Shown: positions 23,475 through 33,768 of the stretch, piece by piece
Layout: each line of letters begins with the position of its first letter
How positions within the stretch are numbered: position 1 is the stretch's first letter
Sequence record: OP292654.1
DNA length: 64,000 nt
Strand: one strand, 5' to 3'
Position numbers and translations under genes: made by a program
The notes under the pieces: generated by a model
Databases searched by the model: none
Told to the model about the DNA's origin: nothing
The model's input: the letters and a program-made list of their open reading frames with translations, nothing else

Positions 23475-23950
23475 CAATATTAGCATATACGTTTATGATC
23501 ATGTTTACTATTATTCATAGTTTCATGTGCGGCGGTTTTGCTTTTCGTTCAGTATATGCGTATAAAGTATCTAACTCAGTACTGGAGTTCATTAAGAACT
23601 ACTTTTGGTCTTATACTCTTACGTATAAACAAATACAAGAATCACAAACATTTATACCTGAAGTTAATGCTAAGCTAGAAAAATTATTATCACTAGCATT
23701 AATAGAGAAGGTGGGTGTAGGTTACTCTACAAGCTGGCGTGATGACGGGGCTAAAACACTTCGTATTCAAAAAGATCGTCTTTTAGATAATTCATCAGAA
23801 ACGGTACATTTTGGATTTCAACGAAGTGAAATAAATGGAACAACGTTTATACTTACTCCATCAGTGTTTTTCTTAGCACAAAAAGTGTACGAAAAACTGT
23901 TGGAAGAAGAAGAAAACGACAAAGAAGAACAGCGTAAGAATACAATATAA
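23471..23950 (+). CDS. hypothetical membrane-anchored protein
   Basis: GGAGG RBS, N-terminal TM. Confidence 0.65.
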   Translation: MTILAYTFMIMFTIIHSFMCGGFAFRSVYAYKVSNSVLEFIKNYFWSYTLTYKQIQESQTFIPEVNAKLEKLLSLALIEKVGVGYSTSWRDDGAKTLRIQKDRLLDNSSETVHFGFQRSEINGTTFILTPSVFFLAQKVYEKLLEEEENDKEEQRKNTI

Positions 23951-24020
23951 TTAGCGTATATCTGCTGTATATGGTATAATTAAGATGTAAACAAAATTTA
24001 ACTGTACGAGAGGTTCCGCT

Positions 24021-24554
24021 ATGTCATCTGTACTCGCAACTAAAATTACTAAAGCGATGATTAACCGTGCTGGTTATATCCCGCTGGAAACTATTACCGA
24101 TGAAGGTGGTTTCCTCGGCATCTTCGATGAAAGTTTTATGTACTATACTTTCAAAGATTGCCTCAAGGTTCAGGACGCGAACTTTAATAAGTGGGTTTGC
24201 TATTGGGAAGGTGTACCATTCGCAGTTGTCTGCGATGTGAAAGCAGATAAACTGGTTAATGGATTTGTTAAGATTGCTATTCTTAGCAAAACCGAAGTAC
24301 CGATTTCTGAAATTGGTGCAATGCCAGGTAACAGTAATACTACGTTTGGTCATATCGTTAACGGAAAATTCATGAACGCCAAAGCTGTTCAGAAGTTCGT
24401 TACTGAAGGTCTAAGTCGTGGTACTTCAGTTGGTGTTGATGTTCAGGTTGCTCAACCTGTTCAACGTAAAGCTGATAAAACAGTACTGAGCAACGACGAG
24501 ATTAAGAATCTCAAAGAAGCAATGGCGAAGAATTGGGGCGTAACCCTGAAATAA
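24021..24554 (+). CDS. hypothetical protein
   Basis: GAGG RBS, terminator follows. Confidence 0.7.
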   Translation: MSSVLATKITKAMINRAGYIPLETITDEGGFLGIFDESFMYYTFKDCLKVQDANFNKWVCYWEGVPFAVVCDVKADKLVNGFVKIAILSKTEVPISEIGAMPGNSNTTFGHIVNGKFMNAKAVQKFVTEGLSRGTSVGVDVQVAQPVQRKADKTVLSNDEIKNLKEAMAKNWGVTLK

Positions 24555-24595
24555 CAACAAGGGGAACTATGTTCCCCGTTTTAACTGGAGATGCT

Positions 24596-25060
24596 ATGAA
24601 GCGTTCTAATATTGTTCTCTTTACTTCCTTAGCTGCTGTAGTGGAATTGATCGTATTGGGTGTTGAATTCAATGAAAAGTTCCGTTTCGTTAACAGTACG
24701 CTGGAATTCAAATACTGGTTGGTATGTACTATCATGTACGTAGGTGCGACAATATTATCAGTGTTCCATCTGGTGACTCATGCTGATGATAGTGAGCGAA
24801 CTAAGAAACAAAACTACTTAGAAGCATTTGGAACTGAACATGTGAGCTTTTTGTTCACGTATCACTTCCTTCTGTTCGCAGTACTATGTTTCTATGTCAG
24901 TGCCTGGCCGTGGTTTATTATGGGCTGTGTTATGTTTTGGGTTCATAACTACGTTCATCGTGATAACCAGAACAACTATGCGTTAGAATACGCAATCGAA
25001 GAAGCAAAGATCGCAGCACGTAAACCTGTAGTTCTTAACAGTTCAGACGACTTATTGTAA
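24596..25060 (+). CDS. multi-pass membrane protein
   Basis: several hydrophobic helices; GGAG RBS. Confidence 0.65.
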   Translation: MKRSNIVLFTSLAAVVELIVLGVEFNEKFRFVNSTLEFKYWLVCTIMYVGATILSVFHLVTHADDSERTKKQNYLEAFGTEHVSFLFTYHFLLFAVLCFYVSAWPWFIMGCVMFWVHNYVHRDNQNNYALEYAIEEAKIAARKPVVLNSSDDLL

Positions 25061-25071
25061 GGAACAAAGCA

Positions 25072-25506
25072 ATGTCATATTCACGTACACTCAAAAATTC
25101 TCTTATCGGAGTATTCGCAATCCTTGCGATCTTCTTCTATAAATTCTGTGCTACTCAGTTCCATTTACCAACGTTCCTTTCTGGACAATGGTATACACTG
25201 ACAGCAGTACTAGTTTCGTTAATTTCACTGGCGTCATGGTGTTTGATACCATTTCACCTGTGTTTGTTATTCGAAGTCGATAAGTCATGCCGCGAAATGC
25301 GTGTATCATTATACAACGCATTAGGCGATAAACCACTTAGCATTGCGTGGCAAATCGTCGTATTCATTATGACTGGTATCTTGTTCCAATATGGTTACTA
25401 CATGGTAAGCATTGGTTTACTTGGTATTGGTTTTAATATCATGACTTTCCGTATGATGCATAATAGCATTATTCGTAAAGCATCAGTACAAGTACTAAAA
25501 ACCTAA
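25072..25506 (+). CDS. multi-pass membrane protein
   Basis: four hydrophobic helices. Confidence 0.7.
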   Translation: MSYSRTLKNSLIGVFAILAIFFYKFCATQFHLPTFLSGQWYTLTAVLVSLISLASWCLIPFHLCLLFEVDKSCREMRVSLYNALGDKPLSIAWQIVVFIMTGILFQYGYYMVSIGLLGIGFNIMTFRMMHNSIIRKASVQVLKT

Positions 25507-25516
25507 GAGGTAATTT

Positions 25517-26137
25517 ATGGCAGCATTCAATGTTGGCGAAGAAGTAGAAGTAGTAAGTACTGGCGAAACCAGTACTATTGAAGCAGTAACTAAAAATATC
25601 TGGCGTCAGGATCGTTATAAGATTTTTGGTAACAGTACTAAGTTCAAAGAAAGTGAACTGCGTCGTGTTACACAATCTGCGTATACTGGTGCTACCAGTG
25701 CTGATCTTGATGAACCAGATATTGTGTCTCAGGTAGTACTGGCAACTGTACTAATGGATCAGATGGATGATATTAATCAGGATGTAGCTAACCTGAATAG
25801 CACAATCCCTGAACCAGTAGTTCAGACTGAAGCCGTAATTCCAGAAACTGTTACTGAGAAAGTAACAAGCTACATGGAAGAACGCCAGACACAATGGGAA
25901 GCACCGGTAAGTACTGAATCGAAATCGGTTGATGTTGATACATCATACAGCCGTTCAAGTTCGGTAGATGATAGTTCATCTTCATGGCGTTCAAGTTCAG
26001 TTGATGACAGTTCATCCAGTTCTTCTCGTTGGAGTTCTTCAAGTGATGATTCAAGTTCATCTTGGAGTTCTTCAAGTTCAGATAGTTCTTCATATGACAG
26101 TGGTAGTTCATCATCGTCATCAAGTTCTGACTGGTAA
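25517..26137 (+). CDS. hypothetical protein with Ser/Asp-rich disordered tail
   Basis: GAGG RBS; C-terminal SSSSVDDSSSSW repeats. Confidence 0.7.
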   Translation: MAAFNVGEEVEVVSTGETSTIEAVTKNIWRQDRYKIFGNSTKFKESELRRVTQSAYTGATSADLDEPDIVSQVVLATVLMDQMDDINQDVANLNSTIPEPVVQTEAVIPETVTEKVTSYMEERQTQWEAPVSTESKSVDVDTSYSRSSSVDDSSSSWRSSSVDDSSSSSSRWSSSSDDSSSSWSSSSSDSSSYDSGSSSSSSSSDW

Positions 26138-26150
26138 TACGTAAAACCCG

Positions 26151-26179
26151 TTGACAGCCTGGCTGTGAGCGGGTATAAT
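26151..26179 (+). promoter_or_regulatory. sigma70-type promoter
   Basis: TTGACA-N17-TATAAT. Confidence 0.85.
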
Positions 26180-26213
26180 CGTATAATATTAAACAAGCAC
26201 TGGAGTTAGGAAA

Positions 26214-26459
26214 ATGGAACAGATTCTTGCCATCGCCCAAAATATCAAAGATACACAAGTACAAATCGAAGACATGAGTAATCGTGTCAAAGGTATGTTC
26301 GACGAAATCACAAATCGTTTTGTGGCATCTAATGGCATTCGTACATCCGAAATTGATCAACTGTACAAACAGATTGACAGTACCTTTAACGCTAAAGCAA
26401 AACTCGAAGCTCACGTTCGTTCACAAAAGAATGTGATCATGAAAACATTACTGGAGTAA
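26214..26459 (+). CDS. hypothetical coiled-coil protein
   Basis: AGGA RBS. Confidence 0.65.
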   Translation: MEQILAIAQNIKDTQVQIEDMSNRVKGMFDEITNRFVASNGIRTSEIDQLYKQIDSTFNAKAKLEAHVRSQKNVIMKTLLE

Positions 26460-26460
26460 T

Positions 26461-27174
26461 ATGTCATCGCTAATTAATCTTCTTACGAACCTAAGTTTCT
26501 CGAAATATGAGTATAACACTATTTTCGAAACTGCCCTTGAACAACTGGATCATCTGTTTCTTGTAATTGGAAATGGATATGATTATGATCCAGTACGTGG
26601 GCCAATCATTGATGGTAAAGGGTTACTTGAATCTCAGGTTCATGACTTTGATAAAGCTGTTGCTTATCATACTAAGCGTTTTAATGAAACTGCTACTCAG
26701 TATGACAAGTACTTAGCTGATTACGAAGACATGGAAGTACCTGAACGTATTCTTGAAATGGTTCGTGAAGCTAAAGAAATGTATGCGATTCCTGAATTTA
26801 AACTCATGGAAAGTGATTACTATTTCAATCCAGAAATAGTAGCTGCTGAAAGCATTGCGAAAACAAATTCAGAGAATAATAAACGTTGGGGTGGTGAACA
26901 CTGGCGTACTCCATATCCAATCAGTGAGTACTCATTCATTACTCTTGTTCGTAAGACGGATGATCCAGTACTGGTAGAGTTGGCACTCTGTACGGCAAAA
27001 GCCTGGAAAATTGTGCTTGACTACTACAAAGAAAATGGGTTATACTTGACGCAAGAACAGGTTGATAGTTCTTATAATCCTGGTGCTGTGTACTACCAAA
27101 GTATCATGCACATGGATAAAACGTATGCTGAGCTATCAGCAATCATAACTGAACTGGAGAAAGACGATGCTTAA
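26461..27174 (+). CDS. hypothetical protein
   Basis: 237-aa ORF, GGAG RBS. Confidence 0.75.
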   Translation: MSSLINLLTNLSFSKYEYNTIFETALEQLDHLFLVIGNGYDYDPVRGPIIDGKGLLESQVHDFDKAVAYHTKRFNETATQYDKYLADYEDMEVPERILEMVREAKEMYAIPEFKLMESDYYFNPEIVAAESIAKTNSENNKRWGGEHWRTPYPISEYSFITLVRKTDDPVLVELALCTAKAWKIVLDYYKENGLYLTQEQVDSSYNPGAVYYQSIMHMDKTYAELSAIITELEKDDA

Positions 27175-27288
27175 ACCACTGCTGTTAATCGCAATCATTG
27201 CCGCTGGTGCTGCCTATGGCGGTTATCAATTCGGTACTAAAGCCCCTACAATGGGTGACTGTGTGAACTCCATCCTGGGAGGCAAGTA

Positions 27289-27741
27289 ATGAGCCTTTCA
27301 CTAAGTAAGAGTTCGTTCGTTTATCGCATGACGGCTAAAGCATGGGGATTCTTTGACATTGATCCTTCGCCTTCACTGTGTGTATTCTTCTGGCAAATGG
27401 TACTCGCACCATTCATGATCCTGGTCGGTACTCTGATTGCGTTGGCTGCGGTGTGTGGTGTAGTATGGGTGCTTACCTATGCGGTAGGTGGTGTAGCAAT
27501 GCAAATGCTTCATTCATTCTTACCGGATTCATGGATTCTACCTAAAGGTGAATTCAACTGGCGTTATATCGTCGCATCACTACTGATCTGGTTCACTATT
27601 ATTGGTAGTGTTATGCTTCGCATCTACACTAACTATCGCCGTGAAGTTAAGATCGAAAACGGAACTTATAAACCTTCCGTAACGGTCGAGTTCATCAAGG
27701 CGAAGAAGCGTAAAATCTGCCCGTTCATTGATTTCAAGTAA
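27289..27741 (+). CDS. membrane protein
   Basis: SLCVFFW + TM helices + KICP C-terminus. Confidence 0.7.
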   Translation: MSLSLSKSSFVYRMTAKAWGFFDIDPSPSLCVFFWQMVLAPFMILVGTLIALAAVCGVVWVLTYAVGGVAMQMLHSFLPDSWILPKGEFNWRYIVASLLIWFTIIGSVMLRIYTNYRREVKIENGTYKPSVTVEFIKAKKRKICPFIDFK

Positions 27742-27794
27742 TTCCATTGTCCAGTACTTCAGTACTGGACATTTTTAATTGAGAGGATAATATT

Positions 27795-28361
27795 ATGTCA
27801 GATCTTGTAAAAATTGGTGATCAGATTCGCCTTAAAGACAAAAATCTATTCTGTGCGTTACATACGCAGAATACTGATATTGCTAAGGTAATTCGTGATA
27901 AGAAACTTCTTGTTTCTAAAGTTGATTCCGATGGTGCTGTTCGTGAAATTATTCTTGATGGTCAACAGCAACAACTTGGTATCTATGCTCGTGAAATACT
28001 TCTTTGCTTTGAAGTTATTCCACGATCATCTGAAGATGCAAATGAAACTTCAGTAGATGAATCTGGTTATGGTTCATTCAAAATCATTGTAACCTATCAA
28101 GATGGTAAAACCATCGAAGAAGAAGGGGTTACTGATATTACAATTAAACCTAAATCAGTTGCATATATGTACAACCGCAAGAAGTACGGATTCATTAAGT
28201 ACTCCGGTGAAGTAGCATTGGAATTGACTGATCTGAAACAGATCACAATCAGTACTCCAAATGCTGAGCGTGTATTCCATATCGAAGAAGGTGTTATCAT
28301 TCGTGAACATATCATGTATGATAATGAACGTAAGTTTAAATCATTCAGGATTGGTGGTTAA
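27795..28361 (+). CDS. hypothetical protein
   Basis: GAGG RBS. Confidence 0.75.
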   Translation: MSDLVKIGDQIRLKDKNLFCALHTQNTDIAKVIRDKKLLVSKVDSDGAVREIILDGQQQQLGIYAREILLCFEVIPRSSEDANETSVDESGYGSFKIIVTYQDGKTIEEEGVTDITIKPKSVAYMYNRKKYGFIKYSGEVALELTDLKQITISTPNAERVFHIEEGVIIREHIMYDNERKFKSFRIGG

Positions 28362-28362
28362 T

Positions 28363-28629
28363 ATGTTCTTCATTCGTGTTCAAACTGATTCTGATTATAA
28401 GTACATTCGTGAAGACCGCTGGGAGACTCCAGTACGCACTAATGTACAAAGTGATGCGAAGCTATTCGAAACGGCTTCAGACGCCGTAGAGTACGCCAGG
28501 AAGTTCATGCTGGTCAGTACTCACCATGTACATGAAGTTTTGGATTTACAAGACAATGTACACAGTACTTTACACTTCACCCCACGCCCAAATAGCAAAT
28601 GGGAGCTTGACGTGAAAAAGGTGAAGTGA
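28363..28629 (+). CDS. hypothetical protein
   Basis: GGTGG RBS before ATG 28363. Confidence 0.6.
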   Translation: MFFIRVQTDSDYKYIREDRWETPVRTNVQSDAKLFETASDAVEYARKFMLVSTHHVHEVLDLQDNVHSTLHFTPRPNSKWELDVKKVK

Positions 28630-28782
28630 TAAGATGCTCTACATCGAGGGGAAATATCCCCTCCTTTTAAGTGAGAAGAATTATGTCCTGGGGTGAAGAA
28701 TTAGTACTGATGATATTGATTATCATCCTGTTAGTTGTATCGCCTGAGATGCACATTCTGTAAAAAAAGATTCAAAAAGTCC

Positions 28783-28810
28783 TTGACACCATAAAGTGGT
28801 GTGATATACT
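28783..28810 (+). promoter_or_regulatory. sigma70-type promoter
   Basis: TTGACA-N16-TATACT with TG extension. Confidence 0.7.
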
Positions 28811-28898
28811 GGACACCTCAAGACAGGAAGCACACTCGCACTGTCTGGTACTGAAAAGTACTTAAGGGTGAAAAGTTGAAAGAAATAGAAAAAAGTAC

Positions 28899-28927
28899 TT
28901 GACAGCCGATTCGCTAGATAGTATTAT
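28899..28927 (+). promoter_or_regulatory. sigma70-type promoter
   Basis: TTGACA-N17-TATTAT. Confidence 0.75.
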
Positions 28928-28933
28928 GAAGAC

Positions 28934-30172
28934 TCTGAAGTGAACGTGAAAACGACGATAACTGACAAAGAGGATTGAACGCAGATGTAACAGATAATCT
29001 AAAACCAAACATTGATCTTAGAAAACTCTTGAATTTGCGGCTCTAAATGAGCAAAAGTCGCAGTACTACAGCGTGTAGACTGCCGTGTAGAACCCTAGCG
29101 GGAGCAGCGTCGCCCCGCGAACCGGAACTATAGGAGATCGCCATCATGAAGTAATTAACGTTTCATCCAAACTTACTTATAAATGATGCGAGTTCTTGTC
29201 TAACAGAGGTACGTTAAGCAAATACGTATGGCTCATAATGTAGAAAGAACTGACATATTGCGAATGAACTTGGGATACTATGAGATCCAAGGTGGAGATG
29301 AAGTTGGGATATTCCCGATAGAGAATCTGTGAAGCCTGTTCATGTCTGACTTCGCCCTTGAATAGTAAGGGCAACCAAATTTCGAGAATGGGATAATATT
29401 TCCGGTATAAAGAGGATAACTGTTTATAGCGTCGATACCTGAACTCGAATATACAATTCCCCGACAGATCCGTTCGGGGAATTGCGAAGAAGTAGTAAAC
29501 CCCGATGTAGCATACTGCCTGGATTGATTCCTGCCAGATAGCACTTTGGGAGATTGCGGGTAGTGTACGCCTTGTCCGATACCGCTTTGTGGGCTTAGTG
29601 CCAATTGATGGGTCGGAAGGGGTTTGCCAGTCGCATAGTATATGAGTAGAAACACGACTAACTGACCATAGTTAGATGAAGTCAACAGAGGACTTTCCCT
29701 AATCGTCTGATAGGGTACGGTGATAGACCATGCCGTGAGTGTTTCAGCATACATTATCAGTATAGCGTAGATACTGACCTCTTTCGAGAGTGCTTGATTA
29801 GCGATGTATGTCCGGTCTTTCCGAACAAAGACCAAACCAGGATTGAAGTACTACGAAGTTGTGTGCTATAATCTGTTCGGAGAGGACTAGCACATAGCGA
29901 TTCACAAACCATCGTCGAGCTTTGACATTCGCTTAGTGCTTGTGTTATTGTAAGACAGGTGGATAGTGAGCAAAATGAGTTGTCACTGCGATGTGTTCCA
30001 TAAGTCACATCTGGCCTTGACAACCAGGGAACAGCCGACTATACTGTAAAGCATAGATTCCCCGCTACCTGTGAGATGGTCTGCCCTCGTGCGGTAAAGG
30101 TGTTTCGGAGGGAGAGGTAGAAGCGAGTATCTACCATAACCCAACCCCGCCGGAGAAATCCGGCAACTTTTA
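28934..30172 (+). ncRNA. candidate giant structured ncRNA (about 1.2 kb)
   Basis: no plus-strand ORF >=60 aa; tandem promoters upstream; many hairpins; GCCGGA-GAAA-TCCGGC + T-rich end. Confidence 0.6.
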
Positions 30173-30200
30173 ATTGAACTTCATTAAGTAAGGTGTTATC

Positions 30201-30422
30201 ATGAGCAATCAAATTAAAACTCGTCTGGTTAATCTGATTAAAGTAACTGCTGCTGAGCAGTGTTTAGGTCAGCGTGATCTAGCACGTAAATTCGATCTTC
30301 ATCAGGCACGTGTTTCAAATCTGTTGGATGAACGTCTGTATATGTTCACCGTAGATGAACTGCTGAAGTGCGTAGAAGCCCTGGGCTTCAATGTTGAAAT
30401 CAACGTATCACCAAAGGGGTAA
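30201..30422 (+). CDS. XRE-family helix-turn-helix regulator
   Basis: LGQRDLARKFDLHQARVSNLL...FTVDELLKCVEALG. Confidence 0.8.
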   Translation: MSNQIKTRLVNLIKVTAAEQCLGQRDLARKFDLHQARVSNLLDERLYMFTVDELLKCVEALGFNVEINVSPKG

Positions 30423-30593
30423 TACCATGAAAGAATACATCGTTGAATACTTCCAGAAAGGTAGCTCCGTTCCTCTCAGTACTCGTCAGGGTGCTCGTTC
30501 ACCGGAAGAAGCACGTACCGCTGCGAAGCGTGAGAAAGGGAATGATATTATCATTCGTACCACTCGCGAAGCATAACAAATATTAAGAAAGAT

Positions 30594-30620
30594 AAAGGCC
30601 ATCAATTGATGGCCTTTTTT
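30594..30620 (+). terminator. intrinsic terminator
   Basis: AAAGGCCATC-AATT-GATGGCCTTTTTT. Confidence 0.85.
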
Positions 30621-30652
30621 ATTGGAAGTAAATTGTCGTACAAAATATATAC

Positions 30653-31648
30653 ATGGAGATTGCTGTGGGTCCGAAAAAACTAAACTTAGAAGAAATCCAA
30701 GATGAAGTACTGAATGAGTGCTTCGAAGATGAAAACAATGATCTTTTGGAATTGTCTGAAGATGACGATGAAGAAGGTTCAGATGATTCAGTTCCTGAAG
30801 GTGGTCTAACTCTGGATAAACTCAAAGCGGCGGTTAAATCGGAACAATATATCAGCAACGAAGAACTAGTAAAAATGGTTCAAGACGGTGTAAACGTTGA
30901 AGAAGCTAAAAACAAAATCATTCTGTTTAATAGCGGATTAGTTTACAACGAAGCGAAGAACTGTACCTGTAACATTCCTTTCCAGGATAAAGTGCAATAT
31001 GGGTTCGAAGGATTGATGAAAGCGATCTACGGATATAACGGTCAGTTCACTACACGTTTCAGTACTTACGCTACTACTACTATTCGTCAGCATATGTACC
31101 GTAATGGTAATAATGAAGTTCGTATGGTTGCGTTGCCTGAACATCTGTCACGTGATAACATTCGCATCCAAGCGTTCATTGAGCGTTACACGACTGAAAA
31201 TACTGGCTATCCAACGAATGAGCAAATCGCGGCGGGAACAGGCATTGACATTCGGGCAGTAAAGCGTATAATGAACTATAACGCCAACACATTCAGTATC
31301 GACACTCCGATGAATCGTGGTGAAGAAGGTTCAGAACAAACACTGAAAGATGTGATTACGTCTGATACCGCTGATTATGTAGTGGATGAACGTGTCATGA
31401 ACAAAGACTTCCTTACTGTGATGGATGAAATCATGGATCAGTTGGAAGAACATGAACGTGTGTTACTTGGTTTATGTCACGGTTTAGATGGTTACAAGAT
31501 GCATACCTTTGATGAAATTATTTCATCCGGTTATATTGACGGTAAAGGTAAGTTCGTAACTTCTAAAGCAACTCTATCTCGTCGTTACAATGATATGATG
31601 GACAAAGTACGTCGCATCGTTGAACGTAACAATATCAACTTTGATTAA
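30653..31648 (+). CDS. sigma70-family RNA polymerase sigma factor
   Basis: region 2 (GFEGLMKAI..RFSTYATTTIRQ), region 3 (VALPEHL, PTNEQIA, SIDTPM), region 4 (LEEHERVLLGLCHGLD..TFDEI). Confidence 0.88.
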   Translation: MEIAVGPKKLNLEEIQDEVLNECFEDENNDLLELSEDDDEEGSDDSVPEGGLTLDKLKAAVKSEQYISNEELVKMVQDGVNVEEAKNKIILFNSGLVYNEAKNCTCNIPFQDKVQYGFEGLMKAIYGYNGQFTTRFSTYATTTIRQHMYRNGNNEVRMVALPEHLSRDNIRIQAFIERYTTENTGYPTNEQIAAGTGIDIRAVKRIMNYNANTFSIDTPMNRGEEGSEQTLKDVITSDTADYVVDERVMNKDFLTVMDEIMDQLEEHERVLLGLCHGLDGYKMHTFDEIISSGYIDGKGKFVTSKATLSRRYNDMMDKVRRIVERNNINFD

Positions 31649-31659
31649 AGGTATATATT

Positions 31660-32157
31660 ATGGCTGGTGGTCGTCGCGGTTTAGTATCAAGTATCAACAA
31701 TTTCACAATTGAAGAACTTGCTAATAAAATGCTTGTTGATCCTCAACTGGAAAACAAAGTAAAGCTGTACAGTAATAACCAAAACATGAATGACAAAACT
31801 CGTGAACATGCGAAACTGTCATATGACTTGTTCCGTATCTTGCGTCGTGAACGTTGGAAAGTTCGTAAAGCAGATACAGCAGCACGTGTAGAAGCTGCTA
31901 AACAGGCAAGGCGTGAACAATGGGCTGAAAACAACCCAACGTCATTACGATTCAAAACAGTACCTCAGATTCTGGAAGCTATTGAATCTGATAAAGTAAC
32001 ACGTAATAAGGTAAGTTCCTATTTGTCTAATTCAAATAGTAATCTTTCTGAAGATTTCAAAAAGCGGTTACGCTTGGCTATGATTGCGTACTACATGAAA
32101 ACCAATCCGAATAGTCCAGTACTGACTAAACATCTGAACAAACTGATGCCGGAGTAA
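31660..32157 (+). CDS. hypothetical basic protein
   Basis: AAGGT RBS. Confidence 0.7.
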   Translation: MAGGRRGLVSSINNFTIEELANKMLVDPQLENKVKLYSNNQNMNDKTREHAKLSYDLFRILRRERWKVRKADTAARVEAAKQARREQWAENNPTSLRFKTVPQILEAIESDKVTRNKVSSYLSNSNSNLSEDFKKRLRLAMIAYYMKTNPNSPVLTKHLNKLMPE

Positions 32158-32160
32158 TAC

Positions 32161-32868
32161 ATGACACACAAAGATAAACGCTCAGTAGCTACTGATGCTC
32201 TGGAAACTCTCGGTACTATTCATACTCGCGAAGAACGTCGCGACGCAATTCACTTAGGTGTTGAACCAGTGGAAGCTGGTGAAGACCTTACCGTTGGTTC
32301 AAACATCGGTATTGGCGAAGATGGTAAAGCATATGGTTCAGATTTCAACAAGTACATTAAACCTGTTGGTATCGTCGATCCATTTCTGACTGAGAAAGTA
32401 CAGAAAGGTGAGAAGTTCTGGCTCGTAGTATATCCTCGCCAGATTACTTCACTTGCCCATGTATGGGAACACCCGGACTTCCCAAGTTCAGTTAAAGAAA
32501 AATCAGTATCTGAAATGAGCAGTGAAGAACTGATGGCAGAAATTCAGAAACGCCTGGCTCAGAACAACACTGTTAGTACTGTAGCAGAACCAGTTAATAC
32601 TGAACTTCTGGAAGCACAAAAACGTGCCAGTACTGAGCAAGCATCTATTCAATGGATCAATCAATACGCCGACAATCTCGGTATTGATTACGATGTACTG
32701 ATGGATTACGCAGATCGTTGGGTACAAGGTTATCATGACTATCTGTGTTATGGTGGACTGTTAGAAGGTGAATACGTCTCTGACGAATTCTGGAACCATT
32801 ATGATATTGTCCGTGGTCGCACCACTGATGATCGTGATCGTGGTTCATTCTTTACCTGTTCATGTTAA
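32161..32868 (+). CDS. conserved hypothetical phage protein
   Basis: RDAIHL..GIVDPFL...FWLVVYP..ITSLAHVWEHPDF. Confidence 0.75.
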   Translation: MTHKDKRSVATDALETLGTIHTREERRDAIHLGVEPVEAGEDLTVGSNIGIGEDGKAYGSDFNKYIKPVGIVDPFLTEKVQKGEKFWLVVYPRQITSLAHVWEHPDFPSSVKEKSVSEMSSEELMAEIQKRLAQNNTVSTVAEPVNTELLEAQKRASTEQASIQWINQYADNLGIDYDVLMDYADRWVQGYHDYLCYGGLLEGEYVSDEFWNHYDIVRGRTTDDRDRGSFFTCSC

Positions 32869-32909
32869 TAATTGTGGGGCATTAGCCCCACATTCTTTAG
32901 GAAACTATT

Positions 32910-33272
32910 ATGAGAAAAATTCTTTTAGGTATTGCTCTACTGAGTGCTTCATTCTTCAGTACTGCTTCTATGAATCCATCCCCAGGCGTATATAACCTGA
33001 ATTGTGTAAAAGAAGCTGATAAACCATCAGTGACAAATGTACAGGCAAACACTAATGACGGTTCATTTGTATTTGGTGCTGAGAAGTACTACAACGCAGG
33101 TGAGCAAGTTAGCGGTACAGCAATTGCCATTACCTACAAATCTCAATACACAAAGAACAGTATTCTTCTGTTGATTGATACTGTATCAAATACATCTCGC
33201 TATATGATTAGTGATGGTAAGAAGGTATTTGAAAACGGTGTTTGTATGTTCGATAATTCGGTACTTATTTGA
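32910..33272 (+). CDS. hypothetical secreted protein
   Basis: signal peptide MRKILLGIALLSASFFSTA. Confidence 0.65.
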   Translation: MRKILLGIALLSASFFSTASMNPSPGVYNLNCVKEADKPSVTNVQANTNDGSFVFGAEKYYNAGEQVSGTAIAITYKSQYTKNSILLLIDTVSNTSRYMISDGKKVFENGVCMFDNSVLI

Positions 33273-33768
33273 TAACTGAGGTAACTCATGAACCCAAGTG
33301 AAGCGAAAGCTAAACAAAAGAAAAGGTATAATGAGATAGCAGTACTAGTAGCTAACGGAAGGTTAGGTTATATTCCTGCTAATAAATCTCGTTTCAGTAA
33401 ATCAGCTTCAAATAAATTTGCTCAAGATATTAGTTTCAATTAAGGAAGTACTATGAAACAATTCTGTATAGCTTTTTTAGTAGTGCTGGTCTTTTTTGCT
33501 GGTGAAATTTTATTGCTATCCATTCACACTCCTAAACCAGAAACGTCTAAAGTAACGCCATATAGCGAGATACAAGCTAAGCAGAAGCGTTTAGAACAAG
33601 CTAAAGCTGAACTTGACGATGATTGCTCTATCGCGATGTGTAGTGCGTTTGGTGGCGGTATAGCAGGGGATACCCTAGCCATTCAATTTATGAATGGTGA
33701 TTGAAAGTCCTTGACGGGGCTGAACCATAATGATAAGATGTACTCACTATCAAGGCGAGGACATTATT

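Noticed and set aside
29177-30023. Minus-strand ORFs 29177-29374, 29278-29835, 29757-30023
   Set aside because: No RBS, atypical composition, and opposite to two strong plus-strand promoters; likely chance ORFs in a less AT-rich non-coding region.
28934-30172. Group I or group II intron
   Set aside because: There are no flanking exons of an interrupted gene and no recognisable group II domain V or group I P7 core by eye. This needs cmscan to exclude firmly.
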